Assembly: GCA_027449605.1 (NCBI GenBank)
Contig: DAIDLH010000051.1
Coordinates: forward strand, 45,037 to 109,036
Length of the DNA: 64,000 nt
Source: Candidatus Muproteobacteria bacterium
Lineage (GTDB): Bacteria > Pseudomonadota > Gammaproteobacteria > Acidiferrobacterales > Sulfurifustaceae
Direction: 5' to 3'
Shown here: one piece after another, positions 60,746-64,000 of the stretch
Numbering within the stretch: position 1 is the stretch's first letter
How the letters are laid out: the number at the start of each line of letters is the position of its first letter
Notes under the pieces: generated by a model
Told to the model about the DNA's origin: nothing
The model's input: only the letters and a program-made list of their open reading frames with translations
The model's database searches: none
Program-made: the position numbers and the translations under genes

Positions 60746-61438
60746 CTACCCCGGCCGCCGCTGTTGCAGCAGGCCGTATATACGCTCAACCACCCCGGAA
60801 ATGTCGAGCTGAGAGGTATCCAGGATGCACGCGTCACTCGCCGGCTTGAGCGGAGAAGCCTCCCGCCCGGCGTCGCGCGCATCGCGCTCACGGATCTCGT
60901 CCAAAAGCCGGCGAAGGTTAACATCGAACCCCTTGTCTTTCAACTGTTTATAGCGCCTCTCGGCGCGTACCTCGGCGGAAGCAGTGAGGAATACCTTAAG
61001 TATGGCGTCGGGGAACACCGTGCTGCCCATGTCCCGCCCGTCCGCCACCAGGCCGGGCGCCTGGCGAAACGAGTGCTGTTTCTGCAACAGCGCCCGGCGG
61101 ACCTCGGGAATGGCCGCGAGGATCGAGGCGCGGCGCCCACTTTCCTCGGTCCGCAGCCGGTCGCCGATTTCCTGGCCGTTCAGCAGCACGTCCACCACGT
61201 CACCGCCGCCGCGGGGGGCGAAACGGATGTCCATGTCGATGGCCAGTTGCGCCAGCCGGGATTTGTCGCCCAGATCGACCGACGAGGCGTCGGCGGCCAC
61301 GGCCAGCGCCCGGTAAAGCGCCCCGCTGTCCAGGAAATGCCAGCCCAGCCGCTGCGCCAGCAGCTGGCCGACGGTGCCTTTGCCGGAGCCGCTCGGACCG
61401 TCGAGCGCGAGCACGGGAACAGCTGCGTCGTGGGTCAT
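60746..61438 (-). CDS. cmk: Cytidylate kinase
   Basis: DGPSGSGKGT, LDSGALYRA, LVADGRDMGS.VFPDA, ERDARD. Confidence 0.96.
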   Translation of the reverse strand: MTHDAAVPVLALDGPSGSGKGTVGQLLAQRLGWHFLDSGALYRALAVAADASSVDLGDKSRLAQLAIDMDIRFAPRGGGDVVDVLLNGQEIGDRLRTEESGRRASILAAIPEVRRALLQKQHSFRQAPGLVADGRDMGSTVFPDAILKVFLTASAEVRAERRYKQLKDKGFDVNLRRLLDEIRERDARDAGREASPLKPASDACILDTSQLDISGVVERIYGLLQQRRPG

Positions 61439-62754
61439 TGACCACCCTGCACTTCAATCGCCAGGCCCGAGCCCGCAGCCAGCTGGGCGAAACCCGGAAA
61501 AGAAGTATCCACGTTCTTGCAGTCGCGTACCGTGATCGGGCCGCTGGCACGCAACGCCGCCATGGCGAACGACATGGCGATGCGATGATCGCCGTGGCTG
61601 TCGACGTCTCCGCCCTGCAGCCGGCCGCCCTGGATGACGATGCCATCCGGTGTTTCACGCGCGTCGATGCCGAGACGTTTCAGGCCCTGCGCCATCACCG
61701 CGATGCGATCCGACTCCTTCACGCGCAATTCATGCGCGCCGGTCAATATCGTCTCGCCCTGCGCGCAGGCGGCGGCGATGAACAGCGCCGGAAATTCGTC
61801 GATCGCGAGCGGCACCTGATCTTCGGGGATGCGAATGCCGTGCAACTGCGCGGCGCGAACGCGAATATCCGCCACCGGCTCGCCGCCGACTTCGTGCGGG
61901 TTCAGCAATTCCAGATTCGCGCCCATGAGTTTGAGTATATTGATCACGCCGATGCGCGTCGGGTTAATGCCGACATGTTCGAGCGTGATGTCGGAACCCG
62001 GCGCGATGCTCGCGCCGACGAGGAAAAACGTCGCCGAGGAGATGTCCGCCGGCACGTCGATGTCGCAGGCCCCGAGCCGGCCACCGCCCTGCACGCTGAC
62101 GCGCGCGTCCTGCGTCTTCACGGCATAACCGAAACCGCGCAGCATGCGCTCGGTGTGATCGCGCGTCGGCGCGGGCTCGGTCACCGCCGTCTCACCGTCG
62201 GCGTACAGCCCGGCGAGCAGCAGGCAGGATTTCACCTGCGCGCTCGCCATCGGCATCCGGTAATCGATCCCGCGCAGTTTCCGGCCGCCCTTGATGCGCA
62301 ACGGTGGCCGTCCGCCTTCGGCGGTCGCGATCGTCGCGCCCATGGCGCCGAGCGGATCGGACACGCGCTTCATCGGACGCTTGCTCAGCGATTCGTCGCC
62401 GATCAATTCGGAATCGAACGCCTGGCCGGCGAGGATGCCGGTCATGAGCCGCATCGCCGTGCCGGAGTTGCCCATGTCGAGCGGCTGTTGCGGCGCTTTC
62501 AGTCCGTGCAGACCGACACCGTGAATCACCAGCCTGCCGTGATCCGGCCCCACGGCGCGCACGCCCATGGCGCGGAACGCGCCCAGCGTCGACAGCACGT
62601 CCTCGCCTTCGAGCAGTCCGGTCACATACGTCATGCCCTCGGCGAGCGAACCGAGCATCACCGAACGGTGTGAAATGGATTTGTCGCCCGGCACGCGGAT
62701 CCGGCCGGCCAGCTTGCCGCCGGGCTGTACTATATAGTCAACGGTCTTGCTCAC
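61435..62754 (-). CDS. aroA: 3-phosphoshikimate 1-carboxyvinyltransferase
   Basis: VPGDKSISHR, GNSGT.MRL, ASAQVKS, RDHTERML, ELRVKESDR, DHRIAM. Confidence 0.97.
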   Translation of the reverse strand: MSKTVDYIVQPGGKLAGRIRVPGDKSISHRSVMLGSLAEGMTYVTGLLEGEDVLSTLGAFRAMGVRAVGPDHGRLVIHGVGLHGLKAPQQPLDMGNSGTAMRLMTGILAGQAFDSELIGDESLSKRPMKRVSDPLGAMGATIATAEGGRPPLRIKGGRKLRGIDYRMPMASAQVKSCLLLAGLYADGETAVTEPAPTRDHTERMLRGFGYAVKTQDARVSVQGGGRLGACDIDVPADISSATFFLVGASIAPGSDITLEHVGINPTRIGVINILKLMGANLELLNPHEVGGEPVADIRVRAAQLHGIRIPEDQVPLAIDEFPALFIAAACAQGETILTGAHELRVKESDRIAVMAQGLKRLGIDARETPDGIVIQGGRLQGGDVDSHGDHRIAMSFAMAALRASGPITVRDCKNVDTSFPGFAQLAAGSGLAIEVQGGQ

Positions 62755-62840
62755 GATAAATTTTCCGGAAACAGAATCGACAGGATGCCCGGGATCAGCC
62801 GCGCACGAAAACAGGCGCCGAGACGCCCCGTGAATCCACG

Positions 62841-62994
62841 CTAGGGAACCTCTGATTAAGTTCCCTCTCCCTCCGGGAGAGGGCCAGAGTGAGGGGGATC
62901 ATACAAGGGCAAGCACATGAATTTTTTAAGATCACCCTCATCCCTCCCTTCTCCCGAAGGGAGAAGGAGAATGACTTGTTCACAGGTTCCCTAG
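62841..62994. mobile_element. MITE-like element with terminal inverted repeats, flanking CTAG and two internal REP-like hairpins
   Basis: Left CTAGGGAACCTCTGATTAA versus reverse complement of right CTAGGGAACCTGTGAACAA (16/19 match); no transposase. Confidence 0.72.
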
Positions 62995-63866
62995 GCTTGC
63001 ACATCGAACTTCTTGTTCAAGGCCGCGCGCGCATGCTTGGCGCGCGTGAAGGTTTCGCACAACAGCTTGCCGTCGCCCTTTTCGATCGCCGCCATCAGCG
63101 CGCCAAGGTCGTCCTGATACTGGCGCAGCGCCGCCATCAATGCGTCGCGGTTCGCGAGGCAGATGTCGCGCCACATCACCGGGTCGCTGCCGGCGATGCG
63201 CGTGGCGTCGCGGAAACCGCCGGCGGAACATTCGAGGATCGCGCGATGATCGTCGTGCCGCACCACCATGTCCATCAGGCAGTAGGCCAGCATGTGCGGC
63301 AGGTGACTGCTCACCGCGAGGATGCGGTCATGGTCCGCGGCCGAGAGCGTCACGACCTCCGCGCCGGTCGCTTCCCACATCTCGCGCACGCGCGCCGTCG
63401 CTTCGGCGTCGGTCTCCGGCCCCGGCGACAGGATCACGCGCCGCCCCTTGAACATATCCGCCTGCGACGCCGCCACGCCCGATTGTTCGGTGCCGGCCAG
63501 CGGATGTCCCGGGACGAAATGCGTGAAGCGCGCGCCCAATGCGCCGCGCGCCGCCGCGGTCACGCTGCCCTTGACGCTGCCCACGTCGGTGACGATCGCG
63601 CGATTCGTCAGCGCCGGTCCGAGCTCGCCGAGAATTTCCGCCATGCAACCGACCGGCACCGCCAGCACCACCATGTCGGCGTGGCGCACCGCGTCGGTCA
63701 GCGATACTTCCGCGCGGTCGATCACGCCGAGCTCGACCGCCTGCTCCAGATTTCCGACGCTGCGGCCGTAGCCGATGATCTCGTGCACGTAACCGGCCGC
63801 GCGCAGCGCGCGCGCCAGCGAGCCGCCGATCATCCCGATGCCGACGATGCAGAGCTTATCGATCAC
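62991..63866 (-). CDS. tyrA: Prephenate/arogenate dehydrogenase
   Basis: [29 protein letters not shown]...A..SHLPH, GGFRD.TRIA.SDP.MWRDI. Confidence 0.92.
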   Translation of the reverse strand: MIDKLCIVGIGMIGGSLARALRAAGYVHEIIGYGRSVGNLEQAVELGVIDRAEVSLTDAVRHADMVVLAVPVGCMAEILGELGPALTNRAIVTDVGSVKGSVTAAARGALGARFTHFVPGHPLAGTEQSGVAASQADMFKGRRVILSPGPETDAEATARVREMWEATGAEVVTLSAADHDRILAVSSHLPHMLAYCLMDMVVRHDDHRAILECSAGGFRDATRIAGSDPVMWRDICLANRDALMAALRQYQDDLGALMAAIEKGDGKLLCETFTRAKHARAALNKKFDVQA

Positions 63867-64000
63867 GCAAGACCTTCTTCAGCGCCGCGATGAAGCGCTG
63901 GTTTTCTTCGGGCAGGCCGATCGTGACGCGCAGGTGATTCGGCATGCCGTAATTAGCCACCGGGCGCACGATCACGCCCCCGCGCAGCAGCGCTTCGTAA
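63863..64000 (-). CDS. hisC: Histidinol-phosphate aminotransferase, C-terminal fragment (5' part outside the window)
   Basis: Manual translation [45 protein letters not shown]; GTGA overlap with tyrA. Confidence 0.85.

Overview
Proteobacterial chromosomal segment with GC-rich flanks; gene order and a DsrE-family gene suggest a sulfur-oxidising gammaproteobacterium, which is unverified. Everything from 1245 to 64000 is on the minus strand. In transcription order: hisC(partial)-tyrA-aroA-cmk-rpsA-ihfB-lapA-lapB-pyrF-rfaE1-rfaD, then a surface-polysaccharide (O-antigen-type) locus of about 51 kb (53844 to 3119), then DsrE-family, hpt and MTI phosphorylase genes, with csiV-like (+) and partial def at the left edge. 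The locus opens with a regulatory cassette: rfaH, a wHTH regulator that appears leaderless and has an 8-3-8 palindrome over its start, and a hairpin plus a perfect ops site. Downstream are 42 co-directional genes. They cover GDP-fucose, UDP-uronic acid, CDP-C-methyl-6-deoxyhexose and QuiNAc/FucNAc-type pathways, six methyltransferases, seven glycosyltransferase genes, both Wzm/Wzt and Wzx (no Wzy seen), and a 13-gene module with two ThDP enzymes, a SIS isomerase and a domain-swapped HldE-like protein that probably makes an uncharacterised branched or higher-carbon sugar. Three small palindromic repeat families occur in the host-like flanks; one copy is inserted in frame inside fcl and two more lie within a 154-bp CTAG-flanked MITE-like element. 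No rRNA, tRNA, CRISPR array or transposase was seen. Family assignments come from motif recognition, not database searches.
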